Assembly: GCF_000186885.1 (NCBI RefSeq)
Contig: NC_014972.1
Location: forward strand, 420,001 to 452,000
Origin: Desulfobulbus propionicus DSM 2032
GTDB taxonomy: Bacteria; Desulfobacterota; Desulfobulbia; Desulfobulbales; Desulfobulbaceae
Length of the DNA stretch: 32,000 nucleotides
Reading direction: 5' to 3'
The position numbers were made by a program, and so were the translations under genes. Shown piece by piece: positions 13,769 to 22,447 of this stretch (its first letter is position 1; every line of letters starts with the position of its first letter). Under the pieces are notes generated by a model. It ran no database searches, had not been told where the DNA came from, and was given only the letters and a program-made list of their open reading frames with translations.

Positions 13769-14950
13769 ATGCAGTGCAGTGATCGGACGGAGGAGTTGAA
13801 AATGAAGTGGTGGCAAAAGTTGCAACCCGTGGCTGCGGAGTTGATCATCCTGGCGCTAGTGCTGGCTGCTGTGCTGGCGGCCAACCTCGGCCATGCGGCC
13901 ACAGCCGGTGGCCCGGCGCAGGGGTATGGATTGAAGATCTTCCGCGTGGAGTCGGGACTGTATCCCTTTGTTCATGTCTACATGCGCACCTTTGACCAGG
14001 AAATGAATCCCCTGGTCAACCTCAACGTGCTCAACATCGGGGTGATGGTCGAGGGACGGGCCTACGATCCGAGAAAAAAACAGTATGTCATTCAACCGTT
14101 GCGCAACCGGGAGGAAGCGACCCGCTCCATCCTGGTGCTCGACACCAACAAGATGCTGAAGGGGCAGGATTTTGAAGCCATGATCCGGGCAGCGGCCCGG
14201 TTCATCGACGCCAAGCGGCCCCAGGATCAGGTGGCCCTGATCGCCCTGGACAACAGTGGCGAGGGATATACGGTCTTGTCCAATTTCGACCGCGAACCGG
14301 GCATCCTCGGTCGGCGGCTGGCCGATCTGCAGCCGCGCGGCGACAAGACCAGGCTCTACGACGGGGTGGCGGCCGCCATGCAGATGGCCGGTGGCGCGGT
14401 GGGCGGCGATTCCTCCAGCGAGGTGGAATACATTGTTTCGACCTCGATCATCGTGCTGGGGAGCGGCCGGGATGACGACAGCGCCATCAGCCGTTCCGAT
14501 CTGATGACCCGCATTTCCAGCCTGAAAATTCCGGTGCCGATCTATTCGTTGTGCTTTACCGGTCCCGAGGGCAAGGATCAGCGCAACCTGCAGGCCCTGT
14601 CGAAGAATTCCTTCGGCAAGTACTACTCCATTGGCGGCGCCTACGACACCATCACGCGCAATATCGAGGATATTCAAAACATCATGCAGAGCGACTACGT
14701 GCTCACCTTCCGGGCCTACATTCCGGTGGACGGCGGCAGGCACAATGTCAAGATCGGGGTCGAATATCCGACCGGCAGCGGCATCATGTACTATGACGCC
14801 TCCGTGTTCGAGGCCATCGAACCGCCGACCTTCCCCCGGATCATCGAGGCGCAGCAGAAGCTCGACAAGGCGATCCCCGCGCTCAAGGATGAGGAATTGT
14901 ATCTGAAAAATCCTTACGCTCCGGCGGCGGTACCGGGCGGGAAAAGCTGA
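13769..14950 (+). CDS. Exported or membrane-anchored von Willebrand factor A (VWA) domain protein
   Basis: The VWA pattern is SILVLDTNKMLKG...VALIALDN...GDKTRLYDG...IIVLGSGRDDDS, and the MIDAS position reads DTNKM rather than DxSxS. The ATG at 13769 has an AAGGAG RBS. The alternative ATG at 13802 (MKWWQK...) also has a GGAGGAG RBS. The ORF-track start at 13592 overlaps the previous gene. Confidence 0.7.
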   Translation: MQCSDRTEELKMKWWQKLQPVAAELIILALVLAAVLAANLGHAATAGGPAQGYGLKIFRVESGLYPFVHVYMRTFDQEMNPLVNLNVLNIGVMVEGRAYDPRKKQYVIQPLRNREEATRSILVLDTNKMLKGQDFEAMIRAAARFIDAKRPQDQVALIALDNSGEGYTVLSNFDREPGILGRRLADLQPRGDKTRLYDGVAAAMQMAGGAVGGDSSSEVEYIVSTSIIVLGSGRDDDSAISRSDLMTRISSLKIPVPIYSLCFTGPEGKDQRNLQALSKNSFGKYYSIGGAYDTITRNIEDIQNIMQSDYVLTFRAYIPVDGGRHNVKIGVEYPTGSGIMYYDASVFEAIEPPTFPRIIEAQQKLDKAIPALKDEELYLKNPYAPAAVPGGKS

Positions 14951-15051
14951 TCCTGTCCTTCGGCGTGGATTGATAGCGCAACACGGTTCTTGTGCAGCCT
15001 CCGACCGCCCTCCCGAGCACCCGGGGGCTGCACTTTTATTCTCCTCATCGC

Positions 15052-17667
15052 ATGGCATCCTCCAGGCATCATTCTTCCCCCAGCGAACATACCGCTTATT
15101 TGGCAGCCAGGGCTGCCGGATGCGCCCATCGGGAGTATTGTCTCACCTCGGCGAGCACAACCATCGGACGCGATGGCACCCTCTGCGACATTGTCCTTAC
15201 CGGCGCCACTGTCTCGCGCCGCCACGCCTGCTTATCTCGAACGGGTGAAACCGACTATCAGCTCCACGATCTCCAGTCCACCAACGGAGTATTTGTCAAC
15301 GGCGAGCGGATTAAGGGTTCGCGCTTTCTGCGTGATGGCGACCTGATCGGGCTTGGCACCGCCCTGCCGCATCTGCGTTTCCAATATCACAGCATCCGGG
15401 AACCGCATCACCTGATTCTGCCACCCCAGGCCCAGTGGCTGATCGGCCGGGCTCCCCACTGCGATCTCTCCCTGCCCTTCGAGCCAACGGTCAGCTCCCA
15501 CCATGCCACCCTCAGTAGCCAAGATGGCACACTGCGAATCGCCGACGCCCACAGCCTCAATGGAACCTGGGTCAACGGCTCGAACCGGTTCAAGGCGTTC
15601 CTTGCCCCCGACGACACCGTGGTCATCGGGTCCACGCATTTCCAGTTCCGTCTCCGGGAGGACGGTTCGCTGTCCGTGCTCCAACGGGAATATGGCCAGT
15701 CGGTCAAACTGGAATGTGTCGGTCTCCACCGCACCGCCCCGCGTGCGAACGGCACGGCGAGAATGCTGCTCAACGACATCACTCTGAGCATTGAACCCGG
15801 CGAATTTGTAGGTATTCTCGGCCCTTCGGGCGCGGGCAAGACTACCCTGCTCACCGCCCTCAATGGTTTCAGCCGTCCGGACCGGGGGTGGGTGCTGTGC
15901 AACGAGACGCCCATGGACAGCGCCTCGGCCCTGTTCCGCAACACCATCGGCTATGTGCCCCAGGATGATATTCTCCACCGGGAGTTGAGCGTGCAGGCCA
16001 GCCTTGAATATGTCGCCCGCCTGCGGTTGTCGCCGGATCTTTCTCCACGCCAACGTGCCGAGATCATCGACAACACGATCGAAACCCTTGGATTGCACCC
16101 GGTGCGGCACCTGCCGATCGACCAACTGAGCGGCGGCCAGCGAAAACGGGTGTCCATCGGCGCGGAGCTGCTGGTTCGCCCAAGCCTGCTCTTCCTCGAC
16201 GAGCCCACCTCAGGACTGGATCCCAGCACCGAGGACCGGCTGATGCATCACTTCCGGGACATGGCCGACCACGGCACCACGGTGATCATTACCACCCACC
16301 TGCTCGACAACCTCGACCTGCTGGACAAGGTGGTGATTCTCGCCCAGGGACGGGTGGTCTTCTTCGGCGCCCCCTCCGAGGCCCTAACCTTCTTCGGCAC
16401 GGAGCAGCAGCCCCTTGCCCGGGCAACCGGTATCTTCGCCGTGCTCACCGAGGCGGACACCCCGTCCTCGGCAGCGGCATCCTCCTGGAAAGGGCAGGAG
16501 GAGATCGCCACCCATCATGCCGCCCGTTTCCTCGCCTCTCCCTGGTTTCGGCAACATATCGAACAGCGGCTTTCGCCGGCAGCCCACGCGTGCATGGCCA
16601 TGGATACCGCCTCCCCCTCTCGGCCGCTAGCACGGCTGCGCACCCTGTGGGCCGATCGTTCACGGCGCGGCCATGGTTTTTCTCCTGGCGAATGGCTGCG
16701 TTCCTGGTGCATTCTTTCGCGTCGCCACCTGCACATCCGTGCCAGTGCCGGCAAACGGCTGCTGCTGTTCCTGCTCATTCCCATGGCGCTGGCCCTGGTG
16801 ACCCTGTCGCAGCATATCCCTGGCGTGGCCAGCGACGCGGTAGTGGCGGAACGGAGGGCCGAAATAGAGGCCCTGGTTGCCCCAGGCGGCGCCCTGATGG
16901 ACACGCAGCTCAAGCTCCTCCTGTCTCCGGCCGGCATTGGCGAAACCCGTTCGGGCGCTGAATTGCTCCACGCCCTGCGTTACGAAGGCATCGCGCATTT
17001 GCCGGTTCCCATGAGCGTCTTGCTGATGATCGTCATGACCGCCGTGTTTTCCGGCACCCTGATCGCCTGTCAGGAAATTTCCACCGAGCGGTCGATTTAC
17101 CTCCGGGAGCGGATGTCCCATCTGCGCATCCTGCCGTACCTTGGGGCGAAAATGCCTTTTTGCCTGGGGCTTGCCGCCCTGCAGTGCCTGATCTTTCTCT
17201 CCCTGTGCTGGCTCAACCCCGCCCTGCGCCAGGCGGATTTCTTTCCGGTCTGGCTGACCATGGTCGCCGTGGCCTGGAGTTCGGTGGCCATTGGGCTGAC
17301 CCTGAGCGCTGTTGATCCGACCGGCGGCCGGTTGTCGGTGATGCTGACCGTGGCCGTGGTCCTGCCGCAGTTGCTGCTTTCCGGCGGCCTCGGTCCTGAT
17401 TTTTACGGGCGCATGCACGGCCCGCTGCGCCTGGCGGCGGATCTGCTGCCGGCCCGCTGGGGGCTGGAGATGGTGTGCACCGCGCTGTTCGATACACTCA
17501 AGGGCGAGGGCGCGCGATGGATTCCAGCCTTTGTCCGTGAGGTGATAGGTTTTGACTTCGGCCAGGGCGTCTATTATAGTGGCATGATCTTTCTGTTGGC
17601 TCAATTCCTGCTTTGGGTGCTGTTCTGCACAGGATTCCTGACTTACCGCGATAGACGATCATGTTGA
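15052..17667 (+). CDS. FHA-FHA-ABC ATPase-ABC-2 permease fusion (Rv1747-type exporter)
   Basis: It has two FHA domains (TIGRDGTLCDIVL...SRRHACL...STNGVFVNG and LIGRAPHCDLSL...SSHHATL...SLNGTWVNG). The ATPase shows Walker A GPSGAGKTT, signature LSGGQRKRVSIG and Walker B LLFLDEPTSGLD. The C-terminus is multi-TM. The start is uncertain, either the ATG at 15052 or the GTG at 14992. Confidence 0.85.
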   Translation: MASSRHHSSPSEHTAYLAARAAGCAHREYCLTSASTTIGRDGTLCDIVLTGATVSRRHACLSRTGETDYQLHDLQSTNGVFVNGERIKGSRFLRDGDLIGLGTALPHLRFQYHSIREPHHLILPPQAQWLIGRAPHCDLSLPFEPTVSSHHATLSSQDGTLRIADAHSLNGTWVNGSNRFKAFLAPDDTVVIGSTHFQFRLREDGSLSVLQREYGQSVKLECVGLHRTAPRANGTARMLLNDITLSIEPGEFVGILGPSGAGKTTLLTALNGFSRPDRGWVLCNETPMDSASALFRNTIGYVPQDDILHRELSVQASLEYVARLRLSPDLSPRQRAEIIDNTIETLGLHPVRHLPIDQLSGGQRKRVSIGAELLVRPSLLFLDEPTSGLDPSTEDRLMHHFRDMADHGTTVIITTHLLDNLDLLDKVVILAQGRVVFFGAPSEALTFFGTEQQPLARATGIFAVLTEADTPSSAAASSWKGQEEIATHHAARFLASPWFRQHIEQRLSPAAHACMAMDTASPSRPLARLRTLWADRSRRGHGFSPGEWLRSWCILSRRHLHIRASAGKRLLLFLLIPMALALVTLSQHIPGVASDAVVAERRAEIEALVAPGGALMDTQLKLLLSPAGIGETRSGAELLHALRYEGIAHLPVPMSVLLMIVMTAVFSGTLIACQEISTERSIYLRERMSHLRILPYLGAKMPFCLGLAALQCLIFLSLCWLNPALRQADFFPVWLTMVAVAWSSVAIGLTLSAVDPTGGRLSVMLTVAVVLPQLLLSGGLGPDFYGRMHGPLRLAADLLPARWGLEMVCTALFDTLKGEGARWIPAFVREVIGFDFGQGVYYSGMIFLLAQFLLWVLFCTGFLTYRDRRSC

Positions 17668-19085
17668 ACGACGACATCCAGACGCTGATCGACCCCAGCG
17701 TTGTCCAGCCGCTCAAGGCCGTGGCGGTCAGCGACAGTGGCGTGCTGATCGCCGACCGGTATCGGATGCTGCGACCGCTTGGCGAAGGAGGCATGGGCAA
17801 TGTCTACTTGGCCGAGGATCTGGTGTTGGCGCGGCGCGTGGCGATCAAGACCATTCGGCCGGAGTTGAGCGGCAACGAAGAGATCCGCTCGCGCATCAAG
17901 CGTGAATGCCGCATGCATGCGGCCATTGGCGTCCATCCCCATATCATCACCCTCTACGACTCGGTCGAGGAAAACGGGCATATCTACCTGGTGATGGAGT
18001 ATTTTGCCGGCGAGACCCTGGCCGCTCGGCTTGCCTCGCAAACTGGCGAGCAAGGCCTCCCGCTGGACCAGACGCTCGATATCGTCCGCCAGGTACTCCG
18101 CGCCTTGGCCTGCATCCATGACCAGGGGATCGTCCATCGCGACATCAAGACCGCCAACATCCTCCTCCAGCAGGGGACCGACGGCAATCTGCGCGTCAAG
18201 CTCGCCGATTTCGGCATTGCCCGGGCGGGGATGGCGGCGCAAACCGTGACCCGCCTGACCGCTCTGGATGTTCAAGGGCCGGGGACGCCGGTGTACATGG
18301 CGCCGGAGCGGATCGACCCGCAGACCTTCGGCGGGGTCTGTCCCGCTTCGGACCTTTACGCGGTGGGCATCATCCTCTTTGAACTGCTCACCGGACACCC
18401 CCCCTTCACCGGCTCCATGACCGAGATTTTTTCCGGCCATCTGGTCCAGCCGCCGTGCCTGGACCGCCTGCCAGCCACGCTTCCCCCCACGGTACTGGCG
18501 GTTCTTCGCACCGCCTTGGCCAAACAGCCATCGGAGCGGTTTCAGCGCGCCCAGAGCTTTCTTGAAACCTTGGAGGGGGGGCACCCGAGCTTGGACCATG
18601 CCTTCATTCCGCCCCGGGCACCCTCCCACCCGCCGGTTCACGCTCAGACGCTCTTGGCCGTGTCGGCGGAACCGACGGCGCAAAGCGAGTCCGTTACCCT
18701 ACTGAACCCGTCGTGCGGGGCTGGCCGTGGCTCAGATCCTTCGCGGCGATGGCGGCAAGGGTTGATGTATGCGGCACTGGCCTGCGTGCTGGTGCTTGTC
18801 AGCGGATGGTATCTGTACGATCATTTTGTCACCCCATCCTTGACCGCCTCTGCGCCCGTCAACAGCCAAGAAATCACCACGACGGGATCCGAAAAGGACA
18901 CGGTTGCCGTCCCTGCCAGCGTTCCGGACGACATCGAGGCGGCCAAAACCGTCACCGCCTTGCAGACGTTGGAAAAGGTCCGGCAGCAAAAAACCATCGA
19001 ATCCATGGCCGCCGCCGAGCGCCCCGGGGGCAATCCGGCAAACGAGTGGCAGGTGATCGAAGACCGCTCGCGAAGAATACGCTGA
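17661..19085 (+). CDS. Hanks-type Ser/Thr protein kinase with one TM segment and a short extracytoplasmic tail (474 aa)
   Basis: Kinase motifs are GEGGMGNVY, VAIK, HRDIKTANILL, DFGIAR and GTPVYMAPE. The TM segment is LMYAALACVLVLVSGWYLY. It overlaps the ABC gene by 7 nt. Confidence 0.9.
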   Translation: MLNDDIQTLIDPSVVQPLKAVAVSDSGVLIADRYRMLRPLGEGGMGNVYLAEDLVLARRVAIKTIRPELSGNEEIRSRIKRECRMHAAIGVHPHIITLYDSVEENGHIYLVMEYFAGETLAARLASQTGEQGLPLDQTLDIVRQVLRALACIHDQGIVHRDIKTANILLQQGTDGNLRVKLADFGIARAGMAAQTVTRLTALDVQGPGTPVYMAPERIDPQTFGGVCPASDLYAVGIILFELLTGHPPFTGSMTEIFSGHLVQPPCLDRLPATLPPTVLAVLRTALAKQPSERFQRAQSFLETLEGGHPSLDHAFIPPRAPSHPPVHAQTLLAVSAEPTAQSESVTLLNPSCGAGRGSDPSRRWRQGLMYAALACVLVLVSGWYLYDHFVTPSLTASAPVNSQEITTTGSEKDTVAVPASVPDDIEAAKTVTALQTLEKVRQQKTIESMAAAERPGGNPANEWQVIEDRSRRIR

Positions 19086-19099
19086 CCCACCCTTTGCTC

Positions 19100-19657
19100 A
19101 TGTCAGGTAAATTGGTCCTCGTTGTTCTTGCTGTCGGCAGCTTGCTTCTTGGCGGCTGCGCGCCCCTGGTGTTCACCGCCGGGGCCGGAACCGGATACGT
19201 GGCGACGCAGGATAAACCGCGGAACAAGATCGAGGCCTTTTTTGACGATCTGGCCAGATCAATCCGGCAAACGACCCGCAAGATCACCGGGGCTCCCCCC
19301 AGCCGGCGGAAAAGCACCGCCAAGCCGACGTCCACATTGCAGCTGGCCATTCAAAAAGCCACTCTCTCCCCGGCCAAGGTCCGCACCGGCGATCAAATTA
19401 CCCTGACCCTGCGCTACAGCATTGCCGGTGCGCCGAAAAAAGGGATCCAGGTTCGAGAGAAAAGTTCCTTGTCCAAGGACGGCAAGACGTTGAGTCTCTT
19501 GAAGGACGAATCCTCGCAACGGGAAAACGGGGTGTGGGAAAATACCTTGTCTTTCGCGGTCCCCCAATCGGCTAAACCGGGCAGCTACACTGTGACCATG
19601 CGGATCAGCGCCCAAGGCCTGAACCGGAACGTCCGAAAGACCTTTACCGTCCAGTGA
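19100..19657 (+). CDS. Lipoprotein with a beta-sandwich-like C-terminal domain (185 aa)
   Basis: The lipobox is in MSGKLVLVVLAVGSLLLGGC. The ORF-track start at 18713 is an Arg-rich extension overlapping the kinase gene. No clear RBS is present. Confidence 0.55.
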   Translation: MSGKLVLVVLAVGSLLLGGCAPLVFTAGAGTGYVATQDKPRNKIEAFFDDLARSIRQTTRKITGAPPSRRKSTAKPTSTLQLAIQKATLSPAKVRTGDQITLTLRYSIAGAPKKGIQVREKSSLSKDGKTLSLLKDESSQRENGVWENTLSFAVPQSAKPGSYTVTMRISAQGLNRNVRKTFTVQ

Positions 19658-19713
19658 GGATCATGCGGGTGTTCCGGTTGCGCATCTCCAGTCCTGGCGA
19701 ACGGAGCTGAACC

Positions 19714-20514
19714 ATGGAGCTCCTTGAGGGGCATTGCCGCATGGGCGGTTTCCAGGTCGTCTATGCCGGGGCAACCGATCCGGGGCGAGTGCGTCGCTGC
19801 AATGAAGACAATCTGCTGATCTATCCCGAAGCCGGCGTCTTTGCCGTGGCCGACGGGCTGGGTGGGTTGGATGCGGGAGATGTTGCCAGCAGCACGGCGC
19901 TCGCGCATCTGCGAGAGCTTGTCCCGACCCCTTTCGCCGGCAACAGGTTTTTTGCCTTGTTCAACGACAAACACCCATTGCGGCAACTTGAAGCGGTGGT
20001 GGCCGCGGTCAATCGCCGAACCTATGAGCATCGAATGACCCTGGGCAAGAACATGGCCACCACCTTGGCCATGGTGCAGCTGCGAGGCGACAAGGTCGTG
20101 CTTGCCCACGTCGGTGACAGCCGCGTCTATCGCTGGCGCGACAATGCATTGCACTGTCTCACCAGCGACCATTCCTTGGTCAATGAACTGGTGCGGAAAG
20201 GGGCCTTGACTGCTTCCCAGGCCAGACAGTCCTCCCAGCGCCACGTCATCACCCGCGCGGTCGGCGCGGAACCGACCGTCATGCCCACCTTGCAACAACA
20301 GCCGCTGGCGGTAGGCGACATCCTGCTGCTGTGCACCGACGGGTTGACCAGTATGCTGTCGGACAGGGACATCGGTCAATGCCTTGGTAACGCGGCCACC
20401 ACCATCGGCGGCAGCGTGGCGCAACTCATCACCTTGGCCAACCAAGCTGGTGGGCATGACAACATCACCGTGGTGGGCGTGATCCTGCTGCCGATAGAAG
20501 AGAAGTCGGATTGA
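19714..20514 (+). CDS. PP2C-family Ser/Thr phosphatase (266 aa)
   Basis: Motifs are RRCNEDN, FAVADGLGG, AHVGDSRVY, LLLCTDGL and GGHDNITVV. Confidence 0.9.
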   Translation: MELLEGHCRMGGFQVVYAGATDPGRVRRCNEDNLLIYPEAGVFAVADGLGGLDAGDVASSTALAHLRELVPTPFAGNRFFALFNDKHPLRQLEAVVAAVNRRTYEHRMTLGKNMATTLAMVQLRGDKVVLAHVGDSRVYRWRDNALHCLTSDHSLVNELVRKGALTASQARQSSQRHVITRAVGAEPTVMPTLQQQPLAVGDILLLCTDGLTSMLSDRDIGQCLGNAATTIGGSVAQLITLANQAGGHDNITVVGVILLPIEEKSD

Positions 20515-20542
20515 TTTGTCGGCTTGTGCGCGAACGGAAAAG

Positions 20543-20574
20543 AAAAAAGGCGTTCCAATGGAACGCCTTTTTTT
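20543..20574. terminator. Bidirectional rho-independent terminator between the convergent PP2C and MFS genes
   Basis: The structure is AAAAAA-GGCGTTCC-AAT-GGAACGCC-TTTTTTT, a perfect 8-bp stem flanked by A and T runs. Confidence 0.85.
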
Positions 20575-20594
20575 AATGACAGGATGTCAGCGGA

Positions 20595-21956
20595 TCAGGC
20601 GTGTTTTTTCTCGGGAGCTTTCAGCGTCATGAGGATGACGACCGCCACAGCGAGAACGACCGCCGAAACCACGAACGGCACGAAGAAGGAGCCGGTCATG
20701 GCCTGAAGCTTACCACCCGCGTAGGGGCCGCAGAAACCGGCGACACCCCAGGCAGTGAACAGCAGACCATAGTTGGACCCTTGATGGGTCGGGCCGTAGT
20801 ACTGCAGCAGGGTGGCCGGGAACAGGGTGAACATCGAACCATAGTTCCAGCCGATCAGACCGGCGCAGGCGGCCAGCATGGCGGCACTCTTGCCAGCGGG
20901 GAAGAGCAGCAGCATGGCAACGGTCTGCAGGATGAAGAGCACGACGAAGATCTGCTTGGTGCCGATCTTGTCAGCCAGCGGACCGACCATGATACGAACT
21001 GCGGCATTGAAGATGGCCAAGGTGCTGGGCGCGCCTGCCGCAGCCAGGGCTATCTTCTTGGCCTCGTCCGGCGGGATGTCGGCGATCGCCTTGAGTCCAT
21101 TCTTGGTGATGAAGTCGAGGGACATGGCGTCGATACCGTGCTTGGCAATCAGGCCGATGACCATGAGGCCGGCAAAGGAACCACAGAAGTAGGCCACCCA
21201 CAGCAGCCAGAATTGCGGTGAGCTCTTGGTCTCTTCGTAGGTATAATCGCGGTAGGCCTTGGGGGCGCCAGCGCCACCGGCGGGGGCGGGCGGATTCCAG
21301 CCGGCCGGTTTGTATCCTGCCGGCGGCACTTTCAAGCAGAGGGCAGCCATGACGACCATCACAGCCATAACCATGCCGACATATTTAAAGACAGGCAGGG
21401 CGCTGCCAAAATGGTTGATCATACCAGTGGCCAACGGAGCCATGATGAACGAACCGAGGCCGAGGCCGACAACGGTGAAGCCGGTGGCCAGGGCACGTTT
21501 GTCCGGCCACCACTTGGGCGCGGTGGCGATGGGCGGCAGGTAGACCATGGCGCCGCCGATACCACAGATGACACCATAATAGAGGTAGAGCAGCCAGAGA
21601 CCTTTTTTAGCGGCGGCCAAGGCGGTTGGATCCTTCGCAGCAAGGAGGGCTGGGTCGGGAGGGGTGATGGTGGACACCATGAAGAAACCGAAGGCCATGA
21701 AAAGGCCGCCGAAAAGAACAACGTTCCGGGGGCCGATCTTGTCGCTGATCCGACCGGCGGGGAAGGTGAGCAAACCAAAGATCAGACAGATGAGGGCGTA
21801 TGCCATGGCAACTTCTGGCACCGTCCAACCGAACTGTTTCATGAGAGGTTTGATGAAAACACTAAAAGCATACAACAGTAAACCGCAAGTGGTGCTGCCT
21901 AAAAGACCTCCAAGCAATGGAATCCATCGTGGAAAAGTAGTTTGTGTTTGAGACAT
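20595..21956 (-). CDS. MFS transporter, oxalate/formate antiporter (OFA)-like family (453 aa)
   Basis: It has ~12 TM segments. The N-terminal pattern is [12 protein letters not shown]...FGW with the [10 protein letters not shown] loop typical of OFA-type MFS proteins. Confidence 0.75.
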   Translation of the reverse strand: MSQTQTTFPRWIPLLGGLLGSTTCGLLLYAFSVFIKPLMKQFGWTVPEVAMAYALICLIFGLLTFPAGRISDKIGPRNVVLFGGLFMAFGFFMVSTITPPDPALLAAKDPTALAAAKKGLWLLYLYYGVICGIGGAMVYLPPIATAPKWWPDKRALATGFTVVGLGLGSFIMAPLATGMINHFGSALPVFKYVGMVMAVMVVMAALCLKVPPAGYKPAGWNPPAPAGGAGAPKAYRDYTYEETKSSPQFWLLWVAYFCGSFAGLMVIGLIAKHGIDAMSLDFITKNGLKAIADIPPDEAKKIALAAAGAPSTLAIFNAAVRIMVGPLADKIGTKQIFVVLFILQTVAMLLLFPAGKSAAMLAACAGLIGWNYGSMFTLFPATLLQYYGPTHQGSNYGLLFTAWGVAGFCGPYAGGKLQAMTGSFFVPFVVSAVVLAVAVVILMTLKAPEKKHA

Positions 21957-22155
21957 TTATGCACTCCCCCTTCATTGTAGTTTTGTTGAACTGCTTGTTG
22001 CAACTAGTTCGTCCTAACTGCGAATGATGTTTTCTCTTCCTCCTTTTTTGCTGAATATTCTTAGGGTTGTCTGTCTATTCCTTGGCCTCTACGCAATGTA
22101 GCGGTGACTATAAATGAGAAGGAAAATGCTGTCAATGAACAAAATCAAGGCGTTC

Positions 22156-22172
22156 ATGGCAATTTTTGCCAT
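22156..22172. promoter_or_regulatory. Perfect palindrome ATGGCAA-TTT-TTGCCAT in an AT-rich intergenic region
   Basis: Read directly from the sequence, ~200 bp upstream of the MFS start codon. The function is unknown. Confidence 0.25.
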
Positions 22173-22447
22173 TTTTTCATGGAGTTTCCCTTTAAGGAGG
22201 CCAAATAATGACGCGCCATTCATCCTGAACAGCCAACAGATTCGCATGCTTCCATTGGCCCCCTTGGATCGAAACCCAGTGGAGGTGCATCTCCTTTTCG
22301 CCAGGAGAAAAAATATAATAAATACTGGGAAGAAAGAGATGTGGGCAAAAAACCGCAAGTGGTCGAGGCTTGCCGCGTGTTGCCGCTGACCGGCAGATGC
22401 CGGTCAAGGCGACAGGGATGGATCGGAGAGGGACCGGGGCGATCGGA

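Noticed and set aside
13856-20457. Long minus-strand ORFs 13856..15058 (400 aa), 15232..16125 (297 aa), 16660..17604 (314 aa), 17643..18683 (346 aa) and 19585..20457 (290 aa)
   Set aside because: Each lies antisense to a + strand gene with unmistakable catalytic motifs (VWA, ABC, kinase or PP2C). Their composition is dominated by R, G, P, H and Q, and none has an RBS or a domain signature.
22156-22172. TGGCAA-TTTT-TGCC considered as a sigma-54 -24/-12 promoter
   Set aside because: The GG-to-GC distance is 10 nt rather than the required 12. The sequence is instead a perfect palindrome. Other TGGCAC-like hits (for example 11051, 21820, 30306, and the minus strand near 3425 and 21400) lack a correctly spaced TTGC or lie inside genes.
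22089-22407. ORFs 22089..22358 (-), 22114..22389 (+) and 22192..22407 (-) in the AT-rich intergenic region
   Set aside because: They mutually overlap on both strands, lack RBSs and have implausible composition. The region reads better as regulatory DNA.
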